From the NCBI GenBank assembly GCA_963663385.2, contig CAXXXD010000004.1:800001-864000 (forward strand): a stretch of 64,000 nucleotides of DNA, given 5' to 3'. Every line of letters starts with the position of its first letter. The stretch's first letter is position 1. The notes below the pieces were generated by a model. That model was not told the origin of the DNA. It did not search any database and worked only from the letters and a program-made list of their open reading frames with translations. Source of the stretch: Oceanispirochaeta sp. (GTDB lineage: Bacteria > Spirochaetota > Spirochaetia > DSM-2461). The translations under genes and the position numbers were made by a program. Shown here piece by piece: positions 27,356 through 36,701 of the stretch.

Positions 27356-28669
27356 TTGACAGCAGCAAAAGAAAAAGTAACGGCATTCCTGAAAAAGTAC
27401 GGGATGCATTTCGAAGATGTTGATATGAACCGGTGTGTCCGGGATTTTATGGATGAAATGGAAAAAGGGTTAACACCGGAAGGCAGTTCCATTGCCATGA
27501 TTCCAACATATATTGAAACAGGAAATCCCATTCCTGTGGGAAAGAAAGTAGTCGTTCTGGATGCGGGGGGGACTAACCTGCGTACAGCTCTGGTCTCCTT
27601 TGATGAAAACTATAAACCTGTAATTGAGAAATTTCAGAAGAATCCCATGCCCGGTACAGGAGGGGCTGTCAGTAAGGAAGATTTCTTTAAGATACTGGGA
27701 GACTATATTATTGATCTTGTCCCCGAGGGAGATAAAATAGGATTCTGCTTCTCCTATCCCACCGAGATATATCCCAGCAGGGACGGACGCCTGATTAAAT
27801 TCAGTAAAGAAGTTATGTGTCCGGAAGTTCATGGAGAGATGATAGGGGAGAATCTTCTGGCTTATCTTGAAGAACGAGGTGTAACGGAAAAAAGAGAAAT
27901 TGTTATTCTCAACGACACGGTTGCTACTCTTCTGACCGGGATGATCTCCTTTCCCGACGAGGTATTCAGCGATTATATCGGTTTCATTTTCGGTACGGGG
28001 ATTAATAGCTGCTATATCGAATCCAACCGGAATATTCTTAAAGCGGATAATCTTGATCCCGAGCATAATCAGATAATAAATACCGAGTGCGGGTCTTTCA
28101 ATAAACCCCCGAGGGGGTTTATTGACAGGACACTGGATGAGGGAACAAGTGACCCCGGAGCCTATCTGCTTGAAAAAATGACTACCGGAGGTTATTTCGG
28201 ACTGGTCATTACCAAAACCCTTGAGCAGGCGCTGACAGATGGATTATTCAGCGAAAAGGCTGCCGTGCTGTTAAGAGGCGCAGGTCGTCTGAGTACAAAG
28301 GATGTAGACGATTACTGCCATAATCCTCACGATAAAAGCAATAAACTGGTGAACATAATGTCAGATCAGTCTGTGGAAGACCGGGAAACCCTCTTCCTCC
28401 TGATTGATTATCTGCTGGAGAGAGCCGCCCGTCTGGCCGCATCCGCTATGGCCGGAACAATCCTGAAAGGGGGAAAGGGAATGTCTCCCCTGGAACCTGT
28501 CTGCCTGACTGTCGACGGCACAACATTCTACTGCTTCTTTCATTTCCGGTTCAGGGTGGAGGAGTATTTAAGAGAGATCCTCTCCGGAGAGAATCAGAGG
28601 TATTACAAGATTGTCCGTGTTGAGGATGCCCCTCTTCTGGGCGCTGCGATAGCTGCTCTAACCAATTAG
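27356..28669 (+). CDS. hexokinase (Hexokinase_1/2 family)
   Basis: MIPTY, LDAGGTNLR, GFCFSYP, NDTVATLL, GTGIN, INTECG, EKMTTGGY. Confidence 0.9.
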   Translation: MTAAKEKVTAFLKKYGMHFEDVDMNRCVRDFMDEMEKGLTPEGSSIAMIPTYIETGNPIPVGKKVVVLDAGGTNLRTALVSFDENYKPVIEKFQKNPMPGTGGAVSKEDFFKILGDYIIDLVPEGDKIGFCFSYPTEIYPSRDGRLIKFSKEVMCPEVHGEMIGENLLAYLEERGVTEKREIVILNDTVATLLTGMISFPDEVFSDYIGFIFGTGINSCYIESNRNILKADNLDPEHNQIINTECGSFNKPPRGFIDRTLDEGTSDPGAYLLEKMTTGGYFGLVITKTLEQALTDGLFSEKAAVLLRGAGRLSTKDVDDYCHNPHDKSNKLVNIMSDQSVEDRETLFLLIDYLLERAARLAASAMAGTILKGGKGMSPLEPVCLTVDGTTFYCFFHFRFRVEEYLREILSGENQRYYKIVRVEDAPLLGAAIAALTN

Positions 28670-28687
28670 GCACATCTTTAAGAATAT

Positions 28688-28719
28688 AACGGGGCAGTTC
28701 TTTTCTGCCCCGTTTTTTT
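28688..28719 (+). terminator. intrinsic terminator
   Basis: AACGGGGCAG-loop-CTGCCCCGTT plus T-tract. Confidence 0.85.
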
Positions 28720-28821
28720 GTAAAACTCTTCGTTTTTGATGGATTTTCATCTGGAATTCGCTAAGGATAATTACGATACTTATACAGGTAGGGAATACTG
28801 GCATATTCCGGGAGAATCTGA

Positions 28822-29217
28822 ATGGACGTTAACCCTGTGCTTAAGGGGAAAAAAATTATTATTGCCGATGACGAAGCGTTTATCAGACAGCATCTCACAA
28901 GAAAGCTTTCATCACTTGGTTTGACGGTATTTGAAGCGGGAACCGGGATGGAAGTGCTGAGTTTATTGTGCAGTAAGCCCGATCTGATTCTGATGGATGT
29001 CAAAATGCCTGGAATTGACGGCTATGAGACCACAAAACAGATCAAATCTCATCACACTACAAGCAATATACCTGTTATACTGATTAGTGCCCTTTCCGGG
29101 TATGATGATATTGAGTATGGGTTCCGGGTTGGTGCAAATGATTTTCTGACAAAACCTGTTACATTTGCCATTATTCTGGAAACCATCAACAGACAACTGA
29201 ATTCTGTCTGTATATGA
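28822..29217 (+). CDS. single-domain response regulator
   Basis: IADDE, DLILMDVKMPGIDG, GANDFLTKP. Confidence 0.9.
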   Translation: MDVNPVLKGKKIIIADDEAFIRQHLTRKLSSLGLTVFEAGTGMEVLSLLCSKPDLILMDVKMPGIDGYETTKQIKSHHTTSNIPVILISALSGYDDIEYGFRVGANDFLTKPVTFAIILETINRQLNSVCI

Positions 29218-29273
29218 TGTATTATTGAATATCCCCCCATACAACTGACTCTGGATAATGAGGATACTGAATA

Positions 29274-31295
29274 ATGAATAAAGAGCGGATGACCGAACTT
29301 GAGCGCAGAAAAATTCAAAGGCAGATGTTCGCTCTCGAAGATGAGAAGGAAGCTGTCGAAGCCCGGTATCGCTTCCTCCTGGAACAGGCTCAGGTCGGTA
29401 TTTTCAGAATGTCCCGCAACAGTGGAGAAGTACTTGAGGCAAATAATGAAGCAATCCAGATGTTCCATTGTGACAACTTCTTTGATCTGAAACAGTTCCT
29501 GTCTCCGTCGAATCCGGGGGATCCGCGGTTTGTAGACCCTCAGCAGTTTCAGAATATGGAAAACGGCGATGCCGTCTCTTTCTCCATGCATGCAACAAAA
29601 AAAGACGGCGAATCCTTCTGGGCACGGGTTATCCTTCAACGCCTGAATCATATTGACTACCTGGAAGGGATCATTTCCGATATTTCAGAACAGGTCAGGA
29701 TGGACATCGAACTCCGGAAAGCTATTGTTTCGGCAGAGAATGCCAGAAAGGATGCGGAAGAGGCCAACAAGGCAAAAAGTGATTTTCTGGCTAATATCTC
29801 CCATGAGATCCGTACCCCCCTGAACGGCATTATAGGCTTTACCGAGATTATAATGGCTTCCATCGACTCGCCCGAAGGCCATCTCTATGCGGGAAAGATA
29901 CTGGATGAATCAGATAATCTGATGACCCTCATTAATCAGCTGCTGGATATTTCCAAAATTGAAGCAAAACAGCTTCAGCTGAATAGGGAGCCGTTCTATT
30001 TAAGGAATCTTCTGGCCGAAACCATCAGCTTTATACGCCTGCGGGCCAGGAATAAAGGGTTAAAGCTGAGTGTCCAGTACGATGACAAGCTGCCTGTCTG
30101 CATACTGGGTGATTCTTATCGTTTAAGGCAAATTCTGCTGAATCTGCTTTCCAATGCACTCAAGTTTACCAGTCATGGTGAGATCAGTCTCAGCGCCTAT
30201 CTTGAAATGAAGACCGGTGAAGAACTGACTATCCGGTTCGAGGTTAAAGATACGGGAATCGGTATCCCCGCTTCCATGCATGATGCTATCTTTGAGAGCT
30301 TTGTTCAGGCTGACAGTTCAATCTCCCGGCAGTACGGAGGTTCGGGCCTGGGGATCTCTATCTCCAGGGAACTGGTTGAGATTATGGGTGGAAATATCTG
30401 GTTTGAAAGCCGGGAAAATGTAGGGACAACATTTTACTTCACAATAAAGAGCCGGAAGATGGAAGCCTTTAATCCGGATGATCCTGCTACAGGTGTGAAT
30501 AAAGGTGTTCAGACAAGGGAGTTAAACGGCGCATCGGTCCTGATTGTTGAGGATTACCCGACGAACAGGGAAATCGCCCAGCATCATCTTGAATCGGTTG
30601 GGTGCCTTGTGGATATGGCCTCCGACGGTTTTCGGGCCATCCATGCGGTACAGGAGAATCATTATGACCTGATTCTGATGGATGTCCATATGCCGGATAT
30701 GAATGGTCTGGAAGCAACCCGGAAGATCCGGGAAATGGATATCTGTTCGGACACTCCCATTATTGGAATGACAGCTAATGTCATGCCGGCAAACCGGCAG
30801 GAGTGCAAGGCTGCAGGGATGGTGGATTTTATCCCCAAGCCCCTGAGAAAAAGAGAGCTTCTGGAAACACTTGAATACTGGTACACCCATAAGCTTGGAA
30901 GTCCCCGGAATTCCAGTCCGGAGGCAGAAGAACCGGATTCCGGGAGTTCCCTTCTTCTTCCTTTTGATTTTGACCGTTTCCTTGAGGATATGGATGGGGA
31001 CAGATCCGGAGCCCTGGAGATTGTATATGGATTTCTGGGGGAACTGGACAGACAGATGGAGCTTATTGAAAAAGCCCTGGCTGAAGAGAACTGGGAGCTG
31101 CTGCACCGGGAAGCTCACTCCATAAAAGGGGGCGCAATGAATCTGGGCGCCGAAGAACTGTCAGAATGGGCCATGGCTCTGGAAAGAGCCGCAGGGGATG
31201 CTGTCCTTTCCGTAATCCCCCTATTATTGAGGAATCTTAAACAGTCTGTGGAAACCCTTAAAAGTTACTGCGGAGAATCTCTTCCATCCCTTTGA
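29274..31295 (+). CDS. hybrid histidine kinase PAS-HisKA-HATPase-REC-HPt
   Basis: FLANISHEIRTPLNG, NLLSNALKFT, GGSGLG, LMDVHMP, AHSIKGGAMNLG. Confidence 0.95.
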   Translation: MNKERMTELERRKIQRQMFALEDEKEAVEARYRFLLEQAQVGIFRMSRNSGEVLEANNEAIQMFHCDNFFDLKQFLSPSNPGDPRFVDPQQFQNMENGDAVSFSMHATKKDGESFWARVILQRLNHIDYLEGIISDISEQVRMDIELRKAIVSAENARKDAEEANKAKSDFLANISHEIRTPLNGIIGFTEIIMASIDSPEGHLYAGKILDESDNLMTLINQLLDISKIEAKQLQLNREPFYLRNLLAETISFIRLRARNKGLKLSVQYDDKLPVCILGDSYRLRQILLNLLSNALKFTSHGEISLSAYLEMKTGEELTIRFEVKDTGIGIPASMHDAIFESFVQADSSISRQYGGSGLGISISRELVEIMGGNIWFESRENVGTTFYFTIKSRKMEAFNPDDPATGVNKGVQTRELNGASVLIVEDYPTNREIAQHHLESVGCLVDMASDGFRAIHAVQENHYDLILMDVHMPDMNGLEATRKIREMDICSDTPIIGMTANVMPANRQECKAAGMVDFIPKPLRKRELLETLEYWYTHKLGSPRNSSPEAEEPDSGSSLLLPFDFDRFLEDMDGDRSGALEIVYGFLGELDRQMELIEKALAEENWELLHREAHSIKGGAMNLGAEELSEWAMALERAAGDAVLSVIPLLLRNLKQSVETLKSYCGESLPSL

Positions 31296-31339
31296 GCGGC
31301 GGGATTGCTCAGTCCGTCTCCATCCGGTAAGATGGTTAT

Positions 31340-33160
31340 ATGAAATTACAATCTCTTGTACTCTACAAACAGGTTCCTGCAAAGGTTGCAGAGATCAATA
31401 GTGATAAAATAACCATAACTCTCCCCGACGGAAAGCAGAAGAAAGTCCGTCCAAAGGATATCATTGTTCTCCATGACGGTCCGGTGGGAGAAACAGGGAA
31501 TATACAGGTCCCGGACGCCGATCCCTCCGAAGCCTGGGAACTCCTCCAGGGAGAATCTCCCTCGCTGGAAGAACTGGCCGAACTTGTATTTGGCTGTTAC
31601 ACTCCCGAAACCGCCTGGGGGGCTTTTCTGCTTTTGAACAGGACCCCCTGGTTCCGGGGAACCCCCGGTGAGATCCTTGTCCGTACACCTGAAGAGGTGG
31701 ACGCCATACAGAAAGCTGAAAAAGATAAAAAAGAGGCTGAACAGCGTTGGGCGTCCTTTATAGAGGCTTTAAAAAAAGGAAACATCCGGGAGGAAGACCG
31801 CGGGTTTCTTACCGATCTGGAACAGTATGCGCTCCAGCAGAGTAAAAAATCCCGTATCCTTCAGGACCTGGGAAAACAGCAGTCTCCCGAGAACGCCCAC
31901 CGTTTCCTATTGAAACTCGGTATCTGGGACCAGAGAAAAAACCCCTGGCCGGATCGGTATCAGATGCCGAAGGAAGCTCCCGAATTCCCCCTGGAAGAGG
32001 CTCCTGCTGTGGAACGGGAAGATCTGACATCCCTGGCTGCCTACGCCATTGACGATGAGGGGAACAAAGATCCTGATGATGCTGTCAGTTATACCGACGG
32101 CTGGATGTGGGTGCATATCGCCGACAGCAGTTCCCTGATTCCTGCCGGAGGAGCCGCAGACCGGGAAGCCCGTGGAAGGGCTGCCAATCTGTATCTGCCG
32201 GAGATGGTCATTCCCATGCTGCCTCCCGAAGCAACAGACCGTCTGGGGCTGGGACTGCAGGAAATCTCTCCCGCCCTCTCCTTTGGTTTTCAAATCGGCG
32301 ATGATTTTGAGATTACCGATTTCCGTATGACCTTTTCAACGGTAAAAGTAACACGTATGACCTATGCCGAAGCAGAGGAACTACTGGAGGAGGAGCCATT
32401 CAGGACAATAAAGAGGATCACCGACAGGTTCCATGAGCACAGAGTCCGGGACGGAGCCATCTCCCTGGTACTGCCTGAGGTAAAAACCAGGGTTAAGGAA
32501 AATGGCGAAATCTGCATCACCCCTCTGGCTGAATTTAAAAGCCGGGATATGGTTGCCGAATCGATGATGATGACCGGTACGTATACAGCCCGTCTGGCCC
32601 GGGATAAGGGCATCCCGATTCCCTATGTGACTCAGCCCGCTCCCGAAGGGGATGTTCCCAGAAGTGAAGAAGGGAATCTTGCGTCCATGTTTCAGCTGCG
32701 CCGTTTTATGAAACGGAGCCAGAACAGTACGGTACCCGGTCCGCACAGCGGGATGGGGCTGCCTGTGTATACCCGGGCCACCAGCCCTTTGCGGCGCTAT
32801 TCGGATCTGATGGTACAGCAGCAGCTTCGTCTCTATCTTTCCGGACGGGAACTGTTGACGGAAGAGGATATTCTGGAAGGTACCGCATCCTGCGAATCTG
32901 TAACAGGCCGGGTTTCCCAGTCGGAGCGTTCCTCGAACCTGCACTGGAAGCTTGTCTACCTTTCGGAAAATCCGGACTGGCAGGGAGATGCCGTTGTTGT
33001 GGGTAAAGCGGATAAGCAGGCAGTTGTGATGATTCCCTCTCTGGCAATGGAAACCCGTCTCTCCCTGAAAGAGAAACCATCGCTTAATACGGTTGTAAAA
33101 GTTGGAGTGGAGAGTGTGAATATTCCTGATCAGCAGGTTATTTTTAAAACTATCCCTTGA
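31340..33160 (+). CDS. RNB-domain exoribonuclease (RNase II family)
   Basis: AIDDEGNKDPDDA, VHIAD, LYLPE..PMLP, MVAESM, ATSPLRRYSDL. Confidence 0.92.
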   Translation: MKLQSLVLYKQVPAKVAEINSDKITITLPDGKQKKVRPKDIIVLHDGPVGETGNIQVPDADPSEAWELLQGESPSLEELAELVFGCYTPETAWGAFLLLNRTPWFRGTPGEILVRTPEEVDAIQKAEKDKKEAEQRWASFIEALKKGNIREEDRGFLTDLEQYALQQSKKSRILQDLGKQQSPENAHRFLLKLGIWDQRKNPWPDRYQMPKEAPEFPLEEAPAVEREDLTSLAAYAIDDEGNKDPDDAVSYTDGWMWVHIADSSSLIPAGGAADREARGRAANLYLPEMVIPMLPPEATDRLGLGLQEISPALSFGFQIGDDFEITDFRMTFSTVKVTRMTYAEAEELLEEEPFRTIKRITDRFHEHRVRDGAISLVLPEVKTRVKENGEICITPLAEFKSRDMVAESMMMTGTYTARLARDKGIPIPYVTQPAPEGDVPRSEEGNLASMFQLRRFMKRSQNSTVPGPHSGMGLPVYTRATSPLRRYSDLMVQQQLRLYLSGRELLTEEDILEGTASCESVTGRVSQSERSSNLHWKLVYLSENPDWQGDAVVVGKADKQAVVMIPSLAMETRLSLKEKPSLNTVVKVGVESVNIPDQQVIFKTIP

Positions 33161-33194
33161 TGGAGGGATACTCTGGGGGTAGTATAATTAAGGT

Positions 33195-33755
33195 ATGAAA
33201 CGAAAAATACTCCTGATTCTTGTCACTTCCCTCGTTTTTTCCCTTACCGGTCAGGAATCTGTCAGATTCCCGGATGATCTGGTTTATGATCCCTTCTATG
33301 CCATTTCGCTGACTGACAGCGACGGCGGGCAGTATACCCTGTTCAACAGTTTCTACCAGACCGCTGAGGGGGCGCTGAAATATTTTGTCTGGTTCAGGCG
33401 CGGTACGGCTCAGGGGCTGGCAGAATACCCTCTGGACCTGTTTAAAATCAAAAGACTGACACTTACGGGGAACTATGAAATTCCACCCGATGGTTTTACC
33501 CCCTGTGAAGTGGAACTTACATCAGGCAGTACGTTTGAAGGATTCCTGGATACAACCGGGTATCTGGCGGGAATTGACCAGGATTTCGGCTGCTTTGCCC
33601 GTATCTACCTTCAGTATAACGGTATTCGAACGGTAGAATTCCTTCATGATGGAACCTACAGCCGTTGTCCTTTCTGCGGAGCTATCTATTACAATGACAG
33701 GTATGAAGTCTGTCCTTTCGATCAGACTCCTCTGGAATCCCAGCATCCCGAATAG
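33195..33755 (+). CDS. exported hypothetical protein with C-terminal Cys cluster
   Basis: signal peptide; CPFCG-x9-CPFD. Confidence 0.7.
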   Translation: MKRKILLILVTSLVFSLTGQESVRFPDDLVYDPFYAISLTDSDGGQYTLFNSFYQTAEGALKYFVWFRRGTAQGLAEYPLDLFKIKRLTLTGNYEIPPDGFTPCEVELTSGSTFEGFLDTTGYLAGIDQDFGCFARIYLQYNGIRTVEFLHDGTYSRCPFCGAIYYNDRYEVCPFDQTPLESQHPE

Positions 33756-33758
33756 GAT

Positions 33759-35000
33759 TCAGATCTTTTCCACATCCTCGCTGGCCCAGGCATAGGAGGA
33801 GGGGAGCCCGAGTGTCCTCAGGGCGCAGAGCCATTTGTAACCTGAGAGGCGGATATCCCTGAAGGCAAACATATAGAGTGTCTTATGGTGGTAGAATTCC
33901 AGTTTCTGCCTGGTCATGACATGAATCCCCGAGAGTTCCTCCAGAGGGAGAAGGCGAACTTCTCCTGTTTCGGAGCGAAGCATGATATGATCTTTGAACA
34001 GTCCTATTTCCCCTTTTTCAGTCCAGACCCGGGGGGCATCCTGTTTGTATCCTGTCTGGATTTTCATTTCCGAATCGGTCATAAACGGTTTATGGGAGTC
34101 CTCTCTGATATAGTTGTCCAGCAGTTCTTTCAGTTCTGTCCTCTGCCACTCATTCCATGCCGCCGGTGTATCGATACCGGGGTAAATTCCCCCTTTTGCC
34201 TTAAAGCGGTACTGACTGTCCAGTTCCAGAGAGAAGCCGCAGCAGGTGCAGGTAAATGTATTCCTATGGGAACGCATCGAGGCGATCTCTTTGCATTCCG
34301 GACAGATAAAGAGGAAGTTTTCCAGGTATTCCGCCCGTTCCTCCGATTCATAATGCCAGTCTTTCGTCCGGATGAAGTCATATTCATCCGTCTGGAAGAG
34401 GGTCTCCATCTTATTAAAAATCTCATCCGGGGACATCTGCTTCAAGGATCTGCCGTCGGCGCTGAGAGTTTTTATGGTATATTCCACAGGTCCTTTTCTC
34501 CGGGCTTTCGCCCAGCGGGGCTGTGCGGCGAAGGCTCCATGGGTTACAACAACATAGGCAGGAATTTTCATCATTTTTATTAATTTTGCTGTAGAGTAAA
34601 ACAGGGGCAGATTCTGTCCGTCCCAGGACATCTGCCCTTCCGGATAAATGCATATGATTTTAGACTGTTCTTTAAGGCTCATCATATGCTTTATGGCTCC
34701 CAGATCACTTTTAGCCTTTGCCTTGGGAAAAGCCCCCAGCTTTTTCAGAAAGAAGCTGGACCATTTTTTCCGGAAATGGGACTCAGAGGCCATATAATGG
34801 ATGGGATCCCTGATTAAAATACCAATGAGCACCATATCCCACTTCATCAGGTGGTTGGGCAGCAGGATATAGGGAGGTTTCAACTCTTCCAGAATCTCCG
34901 GATTGGTAAGACGGAAGTCATATCTCTTTCTGAACCAGGGGGCTACCAGCCCCCGTAGAAAATGATGAAGGGCTGTGTTGAAGGTGTAGACTTTTGTCAC
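33759..35000 (-). CDS. PlsC-family lysophospholipid acyltransferase
   Basis: NHLMKWD (HX4D), IYPEGQ; internal CPEC...CTCC. Confidence 0.88.
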   Translation of the reverse strand: MTKVYTFNTALHHFLRGLVAPWFRKRYDFRLTNPEILEELKPPYILLPNHLMKWDMVLIGILIRDPIHYMASESHFRKKWSSFFLKKLGAFPKAKAKSDLGAIKHMMSLKEQSKIICIYPEGQMSWDGQNLPLFYSTAKLIKMMKIPAYVVVTHGAFAAQPRWAKARRKGPVEYTIKTLSADGRSLKQMSPDEIFNKMETLFQTDEYDFIRTKDWHYESEERAEYLENFLFICPECKEIASMRSHRNTFTCTCCGFSLELDSQYRFKAKGGIYPGIDTPAAWNEWQRTELKELLDNYIREDSHKPFMTDSEMKIQTGYKQDAPRVWTEKGEIGLFKDHIMLRSETGEVRLLPLEELSGIHVMTRQKLEFYHHKTLYMFAFRDIRLSGYKWLCALRTLGLPSSYAWASEDVEKI

Positions 35001-35018
35001 TGTTCCGCCTTTTCCGTG

Positions 35019-35423
35019 TCAGAATTCAAAATCCTCAGGCAGGGGATTATAGTGCATATCAATATCGTCAATTGTCCATTCAGGAGGGAGGTTGAAGGCT
35101 TCCATTACCTGACGATGCTCTTTCTCGCTGAAATCGTCACCGTGGTAGATAACGAACTTTTTCTTTCTGAACAGATAGACTACCCTTCCCCGGGGAATCA
35201 GGTCATACTCGGAACGCAGCTGAAGGGGTAATCTTTTCAGAACCCCCTTCTTTTCCATTAGAAACCAGGCGGCATAATGACCGACTTTATAGTCCACGCT
35301 GATGGTTGTAATCATTCCCTGGGTTACCGGGGAGGATTCATCATAATACAGACTGTTCTGGTAGCTCCAGAAAATTCCGACCCGCGGTTCCGGATCACAT
35401 GGTAAAAACGGGAAGTCGCTCAC
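35019..35423 (-). CDS. hypothetical protein
   Basis: 134-aa ORF in operon context, with VGIFW...H...PRGRVVY...DMHY. Confidence 0.7.
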   Translation of the reverse strand: MSDFPFLPCDPEPRVGIFWSYQNSLYYDESSPVTQGMITTISVDYKVGHYAAWFLMEKKGVLKRLPLQLRSEYDLIPRGRVVYLFRKKKFVIYHGDDFSEKEHRQVMEAFNLPPEWTIDDIDMHYNPLPEDFEF

Positions 35424-36637
35424 TTTTCAACCTCCATATTATTGATCAGGAGGATAGGCAATCCCCGTTGCAGCTGCTTCCATAGAGTATAGTTTTCATT
35501 ATTGAGAATAAATCCCTTCTTCCGCTCCTCAAGAAGGCTGTAATAGGCGGGAGTCTGCTCTCCCGGTATGTCTGCAGCAGGCAGATGACGCCTTTCTATA
35601 TCCAGGAGGCTGAACTGTATGCCGGGATGTTTCAGGTAGGACCTCAGACTATCCATGCGGCGGGATGAGACGGGGCTGTTCAGAACAATGGGAAGAACCC
35701 GGCCGGCGGATCCGTTCTCCATTCCCTCCAGGGGAGGAAGGGGGCCTGATATACCTCTCTGTTCCCTGTGATCTTCGGCAGGAAAAAACAGAGCCCTATT
35801 CCCATTTTTCAGATTTGCTTCGGTTTTTTCCTGAATTAGCCTGTCCGAAAGAAGCGAGTTATAGATTCTGGCAGTACTGTTCAGGATCTCCTCCGAATAT
35901 ACATAGCCGTAACAGGATGCCATCAAGCTGAAAAAGAGTTCCTCATGGGCTTCTTTACCGAGGGGAACAATCAGTCTGCCGGGAGAAGGTCCTTCCCTGA
36001 TTATAACACTCCTGAGCTGGTAGGAGATTGTGTTTTCCATGTTAAACTCATCGGCGGGATGGAGACGGGTAAGGGTAAAATCAGGCAGGTAATCTCCGGT
36101 CATCTTCCTGTGAATAATTTCATCCCGTATATTATCCCTTTCCTGAATGTTCAGTAACACCTTATGTCTGGTTCCCCAATACTGAAGCAGCTCTCTGTAC
36201 TGATTCAGTCCCGGTTCAGACCAGAGGGTCAGTTCCTTTACGGGATCTGTCTTTCCATACAGGCTGATCCTGAGGGGGTGACTGTAGATATCCTGTCCCG
36301 ATACGATCTGCCACCGGCCTGTTCCCGTTTGTTTCAAGGCTGTCGAATCCAGCCTCTCTTTCAGCTCATCTCCATCCAGGAGGATCTCTCCTCCGGGAAT
36401 GCGTATATTCATAGAGTGCCAGCTTTCCATTAGAGGAAGCAGTTCCCTGATAGGGATGAGAGGTTCCATGCCGCCCCGCTCATTTTCACCGGGGAGCATA
36501 ATGGAAAGGAGTTCTTCTTCAGGATAATTCTCCCAAAGTATATCATTCACGTAAATGTCCAGCATGAAAAGATCAGAAGCCGGAAGTACGGACAGGGGGA
36601 GTATAAGAAAAAATAAGAGGTGCAATCCCTTGTTCAT
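35420..36637 (-). CDS. exported hypothetical protein
   Basis: start MNKGLHLLFFLILP (signal peptide) just after TTGCAA-N17-TACAAT; the longer ORF would overlap the divergent gene. Confidence 0.7.
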   Translation of the reverse strand: MNKGLHLLFFLILPLSVLPASDLFMLDIYVNDILWENYPEEELLSIMLPGENERGGMEPLIPIRELLPLMESWHSMNIRIPGGEILLDGDELKERLDSTALKQTGTGRWQIVSGQDIYSHPLRISLYGKTDPVKELTLWSEPGLNQYRELLQYWGTRHKVLLNIQERDNIRDEIIHRKMTGDYLPDFTLTRLHPADEFNMENTISYQLRSVIIREGPSPGRLIVPLGKEAHEELFFSLMASCYGYVYSEEILNSTARIYNSLLSDRLIQEKTEANLKNGNRALFFPAEDHREQRGISGPLPPLEGMENGSAGRVLPIVLNSPVSSRRMDSLRSYLKHPGIQFSLLDIERRHLPAADIPGEQTPAYYSLLEERKKGFILNNENYTLWKQLQRGLPILLINNMEVEK

Positions 36638-36701
36638 TGTAGTTGAATTGTATCCTTTAGCCGCCTTGCTTGCAAGTCTTCTTTTATGATAGAAAATCTC
36701 T

